A stretch of 62,836 nucleotides of DNA, the filler included, from Sphacelaria rigidula (taxonomy: Eukaryota): assembly GCA_964200075.2 (NCBI GenBank). It is 3 parts of 3 records of this genome, joined end to end, with 100 filler letters (N's around TTAATTAATTAA, not from the genome) between each part and the next. Parts side by side here need not be neighbours in the genome. Positions count along the whole stretch, not along the records: positions 1 to 20,882 come from CAXNAA020000484.1; positions 20,983 to 41,862 come from CAXNAA020000485.1; 1 more part is not named here. One strand, 5' to 3'. Below, in pieces: positions 12,401 to 23,790 of the stretch (positions are counted from its first letter, which is position 1; each line of letters starts with the position of its first letter). Both the position numbers and the translations under genes were made by a program. The notes below the pieces were generated by a model, which was given only the letters and a program-made list of their open reading frames with translations, made no database searches and had not been told where the DNA came from.

Positions 12401-15400
12401 AAAATTCATTGAGTGCCGGTCGCCCCGGTAGCTCAATTGGCAGCCTCACAGCCCTTGACCGTTGGATCGTGGGTGCGGTTTTCGAAGAGATGTGGGATTT
12501 TCCCTCACACCGTGCTCAACATTGAAGAGCGACAGGGTCGTGAGTACACAAAAATTCGACTTGACGGCCGACGGTGGAAAGGGATTGCTAAAACCCTCTT
12601 GCGATGAAGGAAAAAGGCAAGCACCGCGGAAGAGAGGTAGGGTATCAAAAATACACTCCCGTTGTTCATCTTCCCCTTGTGTAACCCCGCCTGGTGCTCC
12701 CACATACCCCGAAAGATGTAGCCCAGCGCCCAGAATAAAGGGGTCGCTGTATTTTGATATTTTTCCCACTACTGAAAAAAATATCACCTGCCCGACGTAA
12801 GGCTTGGCAGATTCTTCAAGCAGGTCAACCAAAAAATATTCAAGTCTGACGAATTCCATCTTGGGAAGTTCATCGGTAGTGTTGGATTTCATTCAGCGAT
12901 TTTATTCGAGAGATCGCATATTTCCCGACAGAAGTCGAAATGGTTCCGAACACAGTCATGTTCGTCCTCCCTCGAATGTGGACCCCCCCCCGACGTGGAC
13001 TGCGTTGGACTCAAGCACATCTGGGATTCAGAAAGGTTTTTCCATATTACTGTACACAAAACGCCTTGTTCATGAACACGTGGATGTCGGGGATCTGTAA
13101 ATGAAAAACAGTCCCGGTAAAACCCTGACCACTTTCGACTGTGCGGCCCCTTGTGTGCCGTCAGTGTGTCGTGTGTGCCGTGTTGGCTGGATGCAATGGG
13201 AACAACGGTAAGGGTACAATCGCCTTCCCCTTGACAGTAACTCCACATTGCATGTCGATGTCATCTCTACTTAGTAGTGTGAAGATATGCTAGCAACACA
13301 TGGGGGGTCAGGTAGCCATAATGAACCGCAGGCGGAGTAGAAATCACGCAGTTCGAGTCAACATGAGAAATTCAGCTAAACGGGGTAGTCACCTGTCGAG
13401 GAATCAAGGAAGTTACCATTTCGCACACCCTGGGCGATTGAATACGCGGTCAGAAATGTAGTGCGGGAGTATGGAATCTCTTGTCTATTGACTGTGAGCA
13501 TGCTACTTAGACAGCCGTGATTATTATGGTCATCCAGGGCCCCTCAGGTCTCCTCCCTAGCTTGGAATCTCCTCACGTCACATGGTTGGCTTCGTCAGCT
13601 TCACGCTGCTCAGCGGATACACACCCTCCCCTCGAACCTCCTTTCGTCCCGCCACCGCCAACTGTCAACCCCCGCGCGTTTCCGCAGTCAGCCGGAGGGA
13701 GTGTTCAAGACCATTACCATGTTGGGAAATATCGTGGCGTAATCGGAATCGAGTTTTGTCGAAACAACGCCAGTCATCTAGTTGGCGTGTTGTCTCATCT
13801 ATTCTACGCGCCAGGCTACACCTTTCGATTCATGTGGGCGCACAGGCCGGGGTCACACAAGACGAGGGTCAACACAGGAGTTTTTTTCTTACTCGTGAGT
13901 TTTCATGATAGTTTCCCAACTCCCTTCTGGGGGGGTTTGCCTTCCATCTTCAATTCCGAAAGGGATGCAGCAGTCCTTTCCCTATCGACCATCGAGTCTC
14001 TTTCTCGTCGACCATTGAGTCGAATTTTGTGTACCAACGACATAGTCACTCCCCACCGTTGGGAATGGTGAGAAAAAAAAAAACTGAACATTCCGAGCTT
14101 TGAACCCCCAACTCGACCGTCACAAGGTTGCGAGGTTGCCAACCGAGACACCAGGGCTACCGGCTTGCGTGGATCCGTCGAAAGTGGTAGACCAGAGCGA
14201 GCGGGATCTGGGTTTTGCGGATCGGGACGAATCGAGTCGACACGCGACTGTCGGCGATTGAATTGCGATTGAGTTTGAATCGGATTCATGATAAAACAAC
14301 ACATGTCCCTCGGTGGCTGAAGAAAAAGGCGGTCGTGCTGATATATTATTCTCACCTCCATCTGACCCTTCGGTGAACGAGGACTCATCAGTCAGGTCAA
14401 TCGCGTATTTTCATTACGGGGAATTGATTTTGACGGCTCGCTCGGGACGAACTTCCGACACATGTTGGTCCAACTTCACCTTTTCCGCCCAAGGATTGCG
14501 AACAAGTTTCAATTACAACAGTAAAGTCGGTGATGACACGATGAGTACCCCGTAGACGTTTGTGACGCAGAGCACGTTTTGAGGACCCTCCCCAGATTTT
14601 GGTTCGGGTTGAGGTACAGGCCCAAGTGTTATTTCCTGGAATCGGGATAAGAGAGGCAGAGAGGAATGCCATTTTTGTCCATACTCCCAAAATGTTGGTA
14701 TCTGGAAATTTGTGCGATTTGTTGAAATTCGTGAGCGCAGTCGGGTGAGAAGTTATCGGTGCCATAGATTGTATCGTTCATATACTGTACGCGTGTCGCG
14801 CGTTGCGATCATATCTAGCCTGTTTTTCGTTCGTTTGAATGGTGGGGGGACTGCAGAAAGGGAACATGCACGTTACGAATTGTACGAGTACTCATAAAAC
14901 GGGCGACCTGGAGACAATTTCTTCAGCACTGGACATCAGTGCGAGCGTTCCGTTCATGAATCCTCAACGCCGCCGTTTCAACAGCGGGGTCGGAATCGAG
15001 ATGACCCACCTCGGGGCACGAGAAGATGATACTCTGGGCATGAAATGGTGGTGCTACGACTGTACGCTGTACCATCATGTATTATACCAAACTCGTGATC
15101 ACAGATCTGTCGAAAAACACGCCCTGTTGTGAAAAAGATTCTGATCATAGACAACATGAGTGATGTGGAAGCAAACTGCGTCGGAACGTGCAGTCAGTAC
15201 GACGACAGCATAACGCGGATTTCTCGCTCAGGAACACATGCTCCGCGTCTTACGGTCATCGTCCGATGCTTCCAGCACCGTCATGGGCGGCCCTTGGATG
15301 TTCATCCGACGAAGCGCGCCGGGATAACATTTCGAGGTTGTTTGAAGACTAGGGAAATGTTGTCGATCGAGCAGTGACTGGGCTGCAGATGTGGTTTTGT

Positions 15401-16781
15401 CACGCTGCTCGTACACATATCGCAGCAGGTTGGTGCTGATACCGTTCTACTCTCCGCACCGTTACGCCCGTCGATTGATCGACAACGACGAGCCGCAAGA
15501 TTGAGGGTATTGCCATAATGCCACAATCTCATGTGCAGACGGTCGACGAGAATCAACACCGCTTCGGCTACTCATCCAACCGAATGAATCGAAACAAAAC
15601 TTCCGGGCAACCTCTTACGACATTGGTTGATGACCCCATCATTGCCGCAAAAGCCAACCAGACTTCACAGTACAGTATTCGTGGGGTGATGAGAGCTCTT
15701 CACCAAGTGCCACGTCAACAGAAGAGAGGACATGCTCGACCTCTCGACGAGTCTGGTGGAGGAACACGCTCGTGATTGTGCCAGTGGGTTTCGAGAGGCG
15801 TAGGCCCGACGGGACGCGAGTGCGCCCTGCGACGTTATCAAGAACAAGACGGAAGGTGCATGTTGGGTCCTTCAAATGTAACAGGCCGGTGTCGGGGAGG
15901 CCGGAAACCTACTTGAAATCTTTAGATAATAGACGCAGGTACTGAGCTATATAGCGCATGACCTCGAGTTTTCAAGTCGACATCAAAGACGGCAACCGTA
16001 AACATCGCGCGGGTAACGATCTCCCTATACGAGTTCGACGTGACAGCAAGGAAACGAGTCGATCACTGATGCGGGGGTTCATGGACACGAGAATGTGAAT
16101 GTACTCTGGCGGGTCACATGCCCACTACATACAGGTAATGCACCCGCACTTTTTCAAAACTTGAAAAAATCGCTCGGTTGTTGACCTCACCTCCTTGTAT
16201 AAGTCGGCGCACTCCCCCGTCAACGCCGGCACGGCCGAGTTGAATTGGTTTTGGATGCCCAGCTCCTCCAAATCATTGCAACAAGCTCTGTTCACACGAA
16301 ACCGTGTTTCGGAGAAAATGGCGAACGATGAGCAGAGCAGGTCAGCTCATCTCCCATATACCCACATCTTCGGTCAATCTCCTGGTGGGCTGTTTTGCCA
16401 CTGTCGCTAGTTCAAGCTGCCTCTCTGCATCCTAGCACTCGGAAAACTGTCGCCAGTGTACTGTAACGAACGTGTTCGCATGTCTCTTCTACCGACAACG
16501 CAGAGCAACCACCATCGACAGGGGTTGTTGTAAGCGAGCGACGCACTACGCAGGCGCGACGTGTTCGTGGGATACACACTGATGATACCCACCGGCATTC
16601 CAGATAGTACTCACCCATCCTGAGCTTTTGGGCAGAAGTTATTTTGCCGGGTAAGGTCGGTTGGCCGATCATCGAAGAAACAGAGGGGATGTGCCTCGGC
16701 CTGGTGCTGTGTGGCCCACTGAAAAGAAAACGCGGCGACAAGCTGTATCAAGCTCGAAGCCCGCATCTTTCCTCTCCCCAT
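3023..16781 (-). CDS. Secreted HIPL1/HHIP-like protein: signal peptide + cysteine-rich domain + glucose/sorbosone dehydrogenase (GSDH) beta-propeller + 4 WSC domains; 18 exons, ~1054 aa
   Basis: Hand-spliced exons, all with AG acceptors, GT donors and matching phases: 16781-16615, 16287-16191, 11660-11438, 10498-10368, 10013-9933, 9548-9474, 9328-9170, 9060-8901, 8703-8580, 7696-7482, 7195-7120, 6664-6565, 6272-6165, 5651-5079, 4900-4844, 4621-4328, 3986-3930, 3490-3023. Sum is 3165 nt, open to TGA. Motifs: EEGLLDFCFGP, IHGGGWVGF, IYWALGDSG, PEICAIGFRNPWRCSFDR..LYCGDVG, GGNYGW, VIGGFVYRG, YIFGD, IISFGEDHDGEIY (GSDH/HHIP-like), and four (Y/S)(L/V)GC..D...C...C....CxCG/S...C...C....CGG WSC repeats. 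Confidence 0.9.
3290..3367 (-). repeat. Coding (GGN)26 trinucleotide repeat, poly-glycine linker
   Basis: (CCA)n/(CCT)n/(CCG) on + strand, 78 nt between two Tyr codons. Confidence 0.95.
3930..3986 (-). CDS. Exon 17: 57-nt WSC3 core exon
   Basis: VCARMCSGYTYFGTQFADE; CAG/GTGACA. Confidence 0.9.
4328..4621 (-). CDS. Exon 16: end of WSC2, Pro/Lys linker, start of WSC3
   Basis: CYCGNDDPTRYGGGKCNKKCAGEPSETCGGKNAISAYQY...YVGCYVDRMRDRVLTGKARRGVDDMTAA; CAG/GTGAGT. Confidence 0.9.
4844..4900 (-). CDS. Exon 15: 57-nt WSC2 core exon
   Basis: VCANACAGYKYFGTQFSFE; CAG/GTGAAA. Confidence 0.9.
5079..5651 (-). CDS. Exon 14: WSC1, Pro/Thr-rich linker, start of WSC2
   Basis: SLGCYTD...CASYC...CFCG...CKFLC...CGG; VTPAPTEA repeats; YLGCFADDRYDRVL; CAG/GTGAGT. 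Confidence 0.92.
6165..6272 (-). CDS. Exon 13: end of GSDH propeller and Cys-rich connector
   Basis: GEIYMIDKNWKVYRMPCGDLCATTCLVQSGEQPTYK; CAG/GTGAAT. Confidence 0.88.
6565..6664 (-). CDS. Exon 12: GSDH propeller
   Basis: KVYYMAIRNGQEYIGTIVGDGSVPIISFGEDHD; CAG/GTGAGT. Confidence 0.9.
7120..7195 (-). CDS. Exon 11: GSDH propeller
   Basis: GFVYRGFFFADLLYGAYIFGDTQN; CAG/GTGAGT. Confidence 0.9.
7482..7696 (-). CDS. Exon 10: GSDH propeller
   Basis: CGGNYGWSMFEGSLC...PLFEYCHP...VTGHAVI; CAG/GTAAAC. Confidence 0.9.
8580..8703 (-). CDS. Exon 9: GSDH core (RNPW motif)
   Basis: RPEICAIGFRNPWRCSFDRATDELYCGDVGHTDVESIYTI; CAG/GTGAGT. Confidence 0.92.
8901..9060 (-). CDS. Exon 8: GSDH propeller
   Basis: GKQDIYWALGDSGPQEDPNGHGQNKMDLHASIVRIKVQSGVPGYDIPADNMKG; CAG/GTGAGA. 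Confidence 0.9.
9170..9328 (-). CDS. Exon 7: GSDH propeller with HxGG motif
   Basis: LKSVKGRLSRFTNSG...EEILLETSIRSTSIHGGGWVGFKHGTYGKT; CAG/GTGAGT. Confidence 0.88.
9474..9548 (-). CDS. Exon 6: GSDH propeller
   Basis: GLLDFCFGPTFSSKGEFYVSYNIGK; CAG/GTGAGT. Confidence 0.9.
9933..10013 (-). CDS. Exon 5: GSDH propeller
   Basis: CAG acceptor; ISVSDLKSSKTVMNLGDHPEFYEAYEE; GTGAGC donor. Confidence 0.8.
10368..10498 (-). CDS. Exon 4: start of GSDH propeller
   Basis: CAG acceptor; EIFETGLNQPFKEADLPKYTLAMKMSPDKKTWWFGGREGMMKE; GTGAGG donor. Confidence 0.85.
11438..11660 (-). CDS. Exon 3: cysteine-rich domain
   Basis: TAG acceptor; VLCGPCHSYSAHLYEQ...FCKKLVNAC...YCDQH...YPYVE; GTGAGT donor. Confidence 0.9.
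12415..12745 (+). mobile_element. tRNA-derived SINE family A (intronic)
   Basis: Head GCCGGTCGCCCCGGTAGCTCAATTGG (A-box-like); body matches copies at 40099 and 14164(-). Confidence 0.75.
13781..14164 (-). mobile_element. tRNA-derived SINE family A (intronic)
   Basis: Reverse complement reads GCCGGTAGCCCTGGTGTCTCGGTTGG...GGTTCAAAGC...; same body and CA-rich tail as the other copies; small internal duplication. Confidence 0.75.
16191..16287 (-). CDS. Exon 2: cysteine-rich domain
   Basis: CAG acceptor; (G)ACCNDLEELGIQNQFNSAVPALTGECADLYKE; GTGAGG donor. Confidence 0.85.
16615..16781 (-). CDS. Exon 1: signal peptide and start of cysteine-rich domain
   Basis: MGRGKMRASSLIQLVAAFSFQWATQHQAEA|HPLCFFDDRPTDLTRQNNFCPKAQDG; GTGAGT donor, phase 2. 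The start could instead be the second Met. Confidence 0.85.
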
Positions 16782-17877
16782 TGTACTCGATAGCAGCAGA
16801 TGTCGCTTTGTCCTCACAGAAACGAGCAAAAACAATTCCTCTACGAAACAGGCTGCCCTGTGAACGCAGAGTACCGTACTAAGTGAAAGGTGGGAGGGGG
16901 TGGAATGACTGGGAGGGAATCGTCTGTGAGTGGGATAGTATATCCAACGTACACGCAGCTCTGTCCGAGACTTCGCCACATCTGCACTTCGAAATTTCAG
17001 CTCTTGGACTCTCAAGTAATTGTTCTTCAGACCGTTTCGTGGAGAAACCCTCATCGGTGAACGTAGTTTGCTGCGGCAAAATATCTTCATTTACTCGTCG
17101 TTGATTTTTTGTGCACATGAGTTTAGGGATCTAGGATGAGAGGGCATGTCTTCGATTTCTCAACTAACAACTAACTGATTGTTCTGGTTGTTCCTTGCTC
17201 CGTTTTTTTTCTCAAGATTGAACGTTGAAATACCCTCGATCGACAGGTCACGACCGCATACACGCGCATGGGGCTGACGATATCGATTTTTCAAATTTTG
17301 TCATCACATATAGGATGTTCATATCACTGCGGTTGTTGCTCTCTACAGTAGGAGGAGGTAGGGTCTTGAGTGGGAGGGGGACGATGAGACGGAATGCCAA
17401 AGCAATACATTATGATGATATGGTGGAGATTGCAATTTTTACTAGTATCAGACTAGGTTATGTGCCGCCAAATGACATATTCCATACACATGCACATGTA
17501 GGGGTATACGAGTAGTAGACACCTCATGATCGACGCATCGCCTCGGCCTCGATCATGATGAATGATACCGACTTCGCCTTCTGCCAGGACACATGAACGC
17601 GATCAAAGGGTACAAAACGAAAGTAATGTATTTCCATTTACAGCGTTCGCGACGAATTTCTCTCTCACGGAAATCGCGGGAACTTGAATTATTGCAATTT
17701 GTGGCAAACGGGGAGTGCGAACCATTTAGCCCGAAACAACTTAGTATGATTTTCGAAAATGTTTATTGTTGGACTCCATCAGCGAGACACGAACATAACC
17801 CTCTCTGGCGTCAACAGTATTTCACTTATCCACATGATGAACGGATGTGTATGTGTGTGTATAGTATATACATTATA

Positions 17878-18150
17878 ACAGTGCTTTCGTGAGAGTGAAA
17901 AAGTGGTCAATTAGTGAATGAATCGTTTCGGTTCCGAAATGCTCCTCCACCAAGCCCAAAATGATTTCTGTAGTAACTGGCCACTGAGGCTCTTGATATG
18001 CCCCAGTAGGATATCGGCGTGTAACTGTAAGCACACGGAAGTGATGGAGGCGAAGAAAAACACACACGGAATGAAAAAATGGTCAACTTGGAGCGAATGA
18101 TCGAAGCCATTCTAAATCAGCGCTCTACTCTCAATCTCACGAAAACGTTG
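17878..18150. mobile_element. MITE, family with TIR (CAGTG)TTTTCGTGAGATTGAGAGTAGA
   Basis: Left end CAGTGCTTTCGTGAGA, right end TCTACTCTCAATCTCACGAAAAC. Related copies at 20811 (runs into gap) and 29571-29920 (opposite orientation). Confidence 0.7.
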
Positions 18151-19671
18151 ATACATGCCATAGATGATTTCGGTGCTGCATCTTGAGAGGGAAATCCCTA
18201 TATTCAGCAGAGTGTGCTGGGGTACAACTCGACATGCATGCGCACGACTACTTCGAGGCCAGTACAAGGACGGCACTGAAGCTTTCGCTCAGGCGCGCGA
18301 ACCTGATGGTCTCATCCGTCGCGTATTTATTCGTTTTGAGCCTCACCTCGTCCCATCACAAACACTCAAAATTAATCTCTTCATCACTTCTATCCGAACA
18401 GTTTCGTCTGGTCCCTCTCTCCCTGCGGCGGTTGCCGTTTGGGGTCATGTGCACAATAATCTTCGAGGAGGGAAAATGAAAAATAGTAGGAATTTGCATC
18501 AAAAAAGGGGATATTTGTACATTTAATTTCTTGGTTTCACGCAGATGGTGCTTGCGTGGTGCACGTACGATGTACATGTTGTCCAACGTATCAAAATATG
18601 TTTTGTGGAAATCGTCGATAGTATGGTGAAGGGCGATAATAGCACCCAATGTTGGCGTATTTATTCCGAGATCAGAATGCCTGGCTGAGATCCTCACCCT
18701 ATTCCTAACCCCTACCTGATACACAGTACGAAAAAGTAGGTGGGCTGTAGTAGTCTGTGCCCACAGTGCTTGATGTAGTGAACTGACTACTTCGCGACTT
18801 CGAGTCGTTTTGATTAAAGTAAACGGTGCGGAGGAGCGCTGCTTTCTCCTTTTAATTTATCGAAATTTTCCGTTTTTGCTCATTTTCCGTCTTCGTATGT
18901 TTTCTTCGTCGAATGATGATGGTTGTTTTTTAATCGCCGATCGGGCTGAACGCTGAAATGTTGGGTATGGATCTGTAGGCTGACAGTCCAACAGCCGAGC
19001 AGTCGTCGACTCCAGAGTCAGCCCACCCTCCTTTGGCCTGTTTCAAACAGAATTCTCCAAGCCTGTTTGAGTTTCGATTCTCTTCCGCCCCCTCCCCAAC
19101 CTTGCCGCATTGACTGCGTGTTTCATGGAGTTTGGCGTTGCAGTGTGTGTGGACATGATTTTTGTGCAGAAACTTTGAGCGTCCTGAACAGTCTTGATGT
19201 TGCCAGAGGTGATCATATAGTTATACTAGGCGCGCTTGGAGTACTGTCATCACCAGTTGAGATAGACATTGGAAAGTAGCACGTAGAGCAGATCAAAACC
19301 GTTGATCAAGAAACTGAAGTTTCCAAAAGTTTCGAAGTCACCGAATCACCCCGTACCTCCGCGCGGGTAGCATGCATCCTGTTGTTGTATTAAATGCGGA
19401 CACTGGAACAATGCTGCAATACTTCAGACACATCATAGGAAACACCCCCCGCTAAAACCAGCACAAAAGTGCTACGAAAAAAATGACCATACAGTGCCTG
19501 ATGATGATGTTTGGCTTCAGTCTGCATAAAGCGCCTCATATTGGCGACATTGGCTAGAACGAACCCAAGCGTGGGAATTCCCAGCTGCTCGTTGTGCTCA
19601 GCCTTTCCCATTTCGATTTACGACAAGATTTTGCCTCCCACAACCACGCACTTTTTTGGGGGGGAGGGCTA

Positions 19672-20807
19672 CGAGCTGGTTCAGATTGAACGCCCAAAAG
19701 TTATTCCCCGGGAATTCTTCACGCCGGTTTTTCGAGATAGACCACGAAAATTTGCACACATGTTCTTGATGGCACTATGTGAAACTCGAGATCGTTTTTT
19801 TTTTGTGTGTGTCGAGATAGTCGGGATTTTACCCCTCCCCCGGTCAAGTAGGTCAACCGCGACCTTGGATAAATAGTCACCAACAAAAAATATATATTGA
19901 AACCCCGGTCTTCGAGTTTAACATAGTGCCCTCAAGAACATGTGTGCAAATTTTCGTGATCTAACTCCAAAAAACGGCGTGAGGAAATCGCGAAACGTGC
20001 GCTGAAGTTTGAAAAAGTCTGCGTGTCCCGCTAATTACTTGATTGAAGTATAACGTGACGATTTTACCGATTCTTTTTGGCTTGCACACGCTGTTCTACT
20101 CAAGATTGTCGAGTTAGGTCATGAAAATTCACACCAATGTTCTTTGGGATAGCTCTAACCCTAAGGTGTCGAAAATTTGGGGGTTCAGGCATTCTGTACC
20201 GGTTTCCGGGGGTCTTTATGCTTGGACCCCGGAAGCCGGTACAGAACGGAGAAACTTTGAAATATTGCCAAGAAGAACGCGATTTTTCCACCTGGAGCAT
20301 CAATAATACCTACGGAACTGCCAAGTTTGAGGATGATCTGAGCTTTTTCCAACAGATGAAGGGGAAATCGTCACGAGGCTCCGTGGGTCTTTCGTACATA
20401 TTATCATGAGTGGAAGTTAGACGACGCCAAAGCTCCACATCACCGAAACATTACGGTTTTGGGCGAAATTCGACCCCGTTGGAACCGTTTTCAACGCTGT
20501 TTTTCCCGTTAGATTCCCAGGCTGATGACGGCTACTATGAGTTGAACCATGTGGAGATTCGGTGGAAATTGGGCTTGGAATTCGTATTTTCAATTTCGGA
20601 GCAGTTTGGAGGGCGCTGATTGGTTAAGACATACTTTTGTCCATAGCGCCACCACCGCTATATAGCCTGAAACGAGAATATTATGGCTATGTCACCATTT
20701 TTGTCTGTTCATTGCGGTCAGTATGGTATCACATTTGTGCATATCGGCTGGGTTTTGCGTTCATCAGCCGGGGAATAATTTTTTTGTGTTCAATCTGAAC
20801 CAGCCTG
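19672..20807. mobile_element. Non-autonomous DNA transposon, TA-flanked (Tc1/mariner-like), ~1.14 kb
   Basis: TA|CGAGCTGGTTCAGATTGAAC..TTATTCCCCGG ... CCGGGGAATAA..GTTCAATCTGAACCAGCCTG|TA; internal ~75-bp inverted repeat at 19715-19790 / 19911-19987. Confidence 0.75.
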
Positions 20808-20882
20808 TATCAACAGTGTTTTCGTGAGATTGAGAGTAGATGATACGATTGAGAGTGAAAAGCGGTCAATCAGTGAATGAAT

Positions 20883-20982
20883 NNNNNNNNNNNNNNNNNN
20901 NNNNNNNNNNNNNNNNNNNNNNNNNNTTAATTAATTAANNNNNNNNNNNNNNNNNNNNNNNNNNNNNNNNNNNNNNNNNNNN
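20883..20982. other. Assembly gap with artificial TTAATTAATTAA linker
   Basis: N-run with central TTAATTAATTAA; same construct at ~41863. Confidence 0.95.
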
Positions 20983-23693
20983 TGGTGGGTTGTGTTTGCT
21001 GTGTATTTGGCTTTGTGACTATGTGGGGCGGGGTGGGGGGGGGGGGTTGGGTGGTCTATTTGATTGCACGAAAAAAAAGGCTGACGAGTGTGTCAGATGA
21101 CCTGCCACACTCGCGATGTGCTTGAATTTGGTTCAAAACGGTGTCAATCGGTATGAATGAACATTATTTATCTATAACATGCTCGTTCGATCAACCGTTG
21201 CTGATTTCAGCGGCGATTTGCCTTGGAATTTCGTGCAAGAAGTGGCCCAAAAACACCCCCAACCCCCCCCCTATCGTAGGATGACTCACAGGCAGCATAT
21301 TCCCGGATCGGCGGCACTTTATACGGGGTGCGTCGGACGCACGAAGTGAATATGGATTCTGGGCAATGCCATCGATACGCCCTCAAAACGGAGTTCCCTC
21401 GGCCCAGACAGTGTGAGACGTCAGTGCATGCATATATGGACACGCAGATGCGCTCACTTCCACGTCATGACCTGCTGGGTGACTCCTGCCCCAGCAAAAG
21501 AGCATGGATCTGTATTGGGTACACTCTGGATGGTGTCATTCTGCACGATACCTATCTTGGTATCGCTAGAGGTACTCACTCACTTCAGGAGGCACGGTCG
21601 TGCAAGCGCTGTCAGTGCTTTTCAGTGTTGCGCCAAAAGAAGGAAAAAGTCCAATGTACGCCGATTTTCGCATACAAGAACCTTTGTATAAATTACCAGC
21701 TTGGATCATCCGCAAAGTAGGTGTGGTTCACATGGGCGAGGTGCCCCAGAGGGATGACCTATGGCCCAACACACGGCATATCTGAAAAGCTATGTTCAAA
21801 GCTGGATCGTAGGCACAAGTTGTAGGTCGAAAACGTGATCATATCCCGTGTTCGGTGATGTGCATGGTGTTGCTCGGTACGGGTGCCTTGCGGGCCCCAT
21901 TGTACGACGATAGGTGGCGATCACGCTTGGTGATCCAGCGCACCACCGCGCCCAGGGCGTAGTATATGGAGCGTATAATCCGCTTGAAAAAGAAGCATCT
22001 TATTTACTTTCGTCGCACTGGAGAACGCCAGAATCGTTTGCATGCATGTCTGTCGGCGCAGCTGATGGGTTTGAAATTTGAAAGTTCCGTCATGACCACT
22101 ATATAAAGTGCAGTATAATACGCCGATGCAATGTACGGTCTACAGACAGTATACCCGTACCGTAATACTACATAACCGCATATGATATGCGGCGTAGTCA
22201 GGGCGTAACCGCATCTCATGTTTATTTGAGTACAGTACTTTCCTCAGGCAAACCACCATTTTTCAGTGCAACTTGAGTTGTGGATTTCTCGCCTGTGACT
22301 GCATGTTCCATCATGGAACTTTGCACACTAGTTGGGCACAACACAGGCAGCATATGCCCGAAGCATCCACGCGATTGGGCCTGCGAACACCGTACAATAT
22401 GGCCCCAGCCCATTGTGGGGAATGCCGTCCATGCGCTCTCAAATCAGCCATGCAGCTGCCCAGACTTCGCGCACTACAGGTGAAAGCATATGTGCACGCG
22501 CATATGCACAAAATTGGACATTTAGCGCGGCTGGGCGGTCGATGTGGTAAAAAACTGACACCAGTCTGTACTGCAATCCTCTCTGGATCATGACCATCTG
22601 TAGTGTACCGATCGGCACACAGTCTGTAGAGCTGCGCATTTCATGACGCACGGCGCTGAAACTTTGCTCATATTTTGTACGAACCACAGTCAACAGTTCC
22701 ACGGCGTTATATCTGGTATTGTGTGCTGTAGGAGTGCGCACTGGAGGGAAAAGTGGTCAGATTCTGTTCCGATTCTTTTCTTTTTCTTCTGGCGCAACAC
22801 CGTTTAACGCTCAATGTGTATTATGTACATGTATCATGTCATATTTTCACCGCTTTTGCCGACTTTTCTCTGGCGGCAAGGCATTTTTTCCCACACGTGC
22901 TATTGCAGCGCACCGAGAAGGCCCAGCGGTACATTACCGTTCAGATTTGGGCGCCATCTGATACCTGTGGCGCGTTTTCTGGCCACCGAAAGTCGCTCAA
23001 ACTGGCCTTTTTTCGAGGGGTGTCGATCCCGAACCACAAAAGCCTCTTCAAGATCGTGGAAAACTTGACAAGATAAATTTTCGACTTGTGTCACCCCCGG
23101 GAGGCCCGTACAAACCACCCGAAGGGGAACCCTGTATAAATACTATTCTCATTCATCAAGTTTGTCCGCATTCCGGGTCTCTGGACGCAGGTGCAATAAT
23201 TACGGGGCCTGAGAGCGCACCATTCCTCCGAAGTTCGACGCACCAGCGGCCAGTATTATTCCGTTAAATCTCTCCCGTGCTTTTTTGAGGAATTTACCTT
23301 ATATCCACACTTTCCCGTTTCCCTTCGCGGAATTTGCCCGTTTCTCCGCGGAATTTACTCTGGGACGAGTGACTCCCCTAGCCACCATAATCTCTACTCA
23401 GAATTACCGCAACCTGTTTCCGTGTCACTCTTCACTTCTCTCTCCTCCTGGGGATTTCACGCGCGGGACCTCCAACACCAGTGACAAGCCGAGCCGTTTG
23501 ACTTCTCCCTCATGAAAATCTAACGCACCTTATTTCCCCGGCACCAGTGACCTACTCTTCACCGTCAATGCAACGGAACCTGCATGTCTCTCCGGTACCG
23601 GTGATGTTCTCAGCCGTTTGACCCCCCCTTCTTGCCAGTGACTACCACTGTTTTTTTTAACTTGAAAGAGACCTGAAAATGATTCCTATTTAA

Positions 23694-23790
23694 CCCTTAC
23701 ACCGCGAGGTTAGTCTTTCTGGATCATGCATACTTTTTTCACTTGAAATTGATGCTGATTCAACAGAAGACTAACCTCGCGGTCTAAGGG
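23694..23790. mobile_element. piggyBac-like MITE (97 bp)
   Basis: TTAA|CCCTTACACCGCGAGGTTAGTCTT ... AAGACTAACCTCGCGGTCTAAGGG|TTAA: TTAA TSD, CCC/GGG termini. Confidence 0.8.

Noticed and set aside
20883-20982. TTAATTAATTAA palindrome inside an N-run (also at ~41863-41961)
   Set aside because: The same construct occurs in both ~100-nt gaps and puts stops in all frames. It is a scaffolding linker, not biology.
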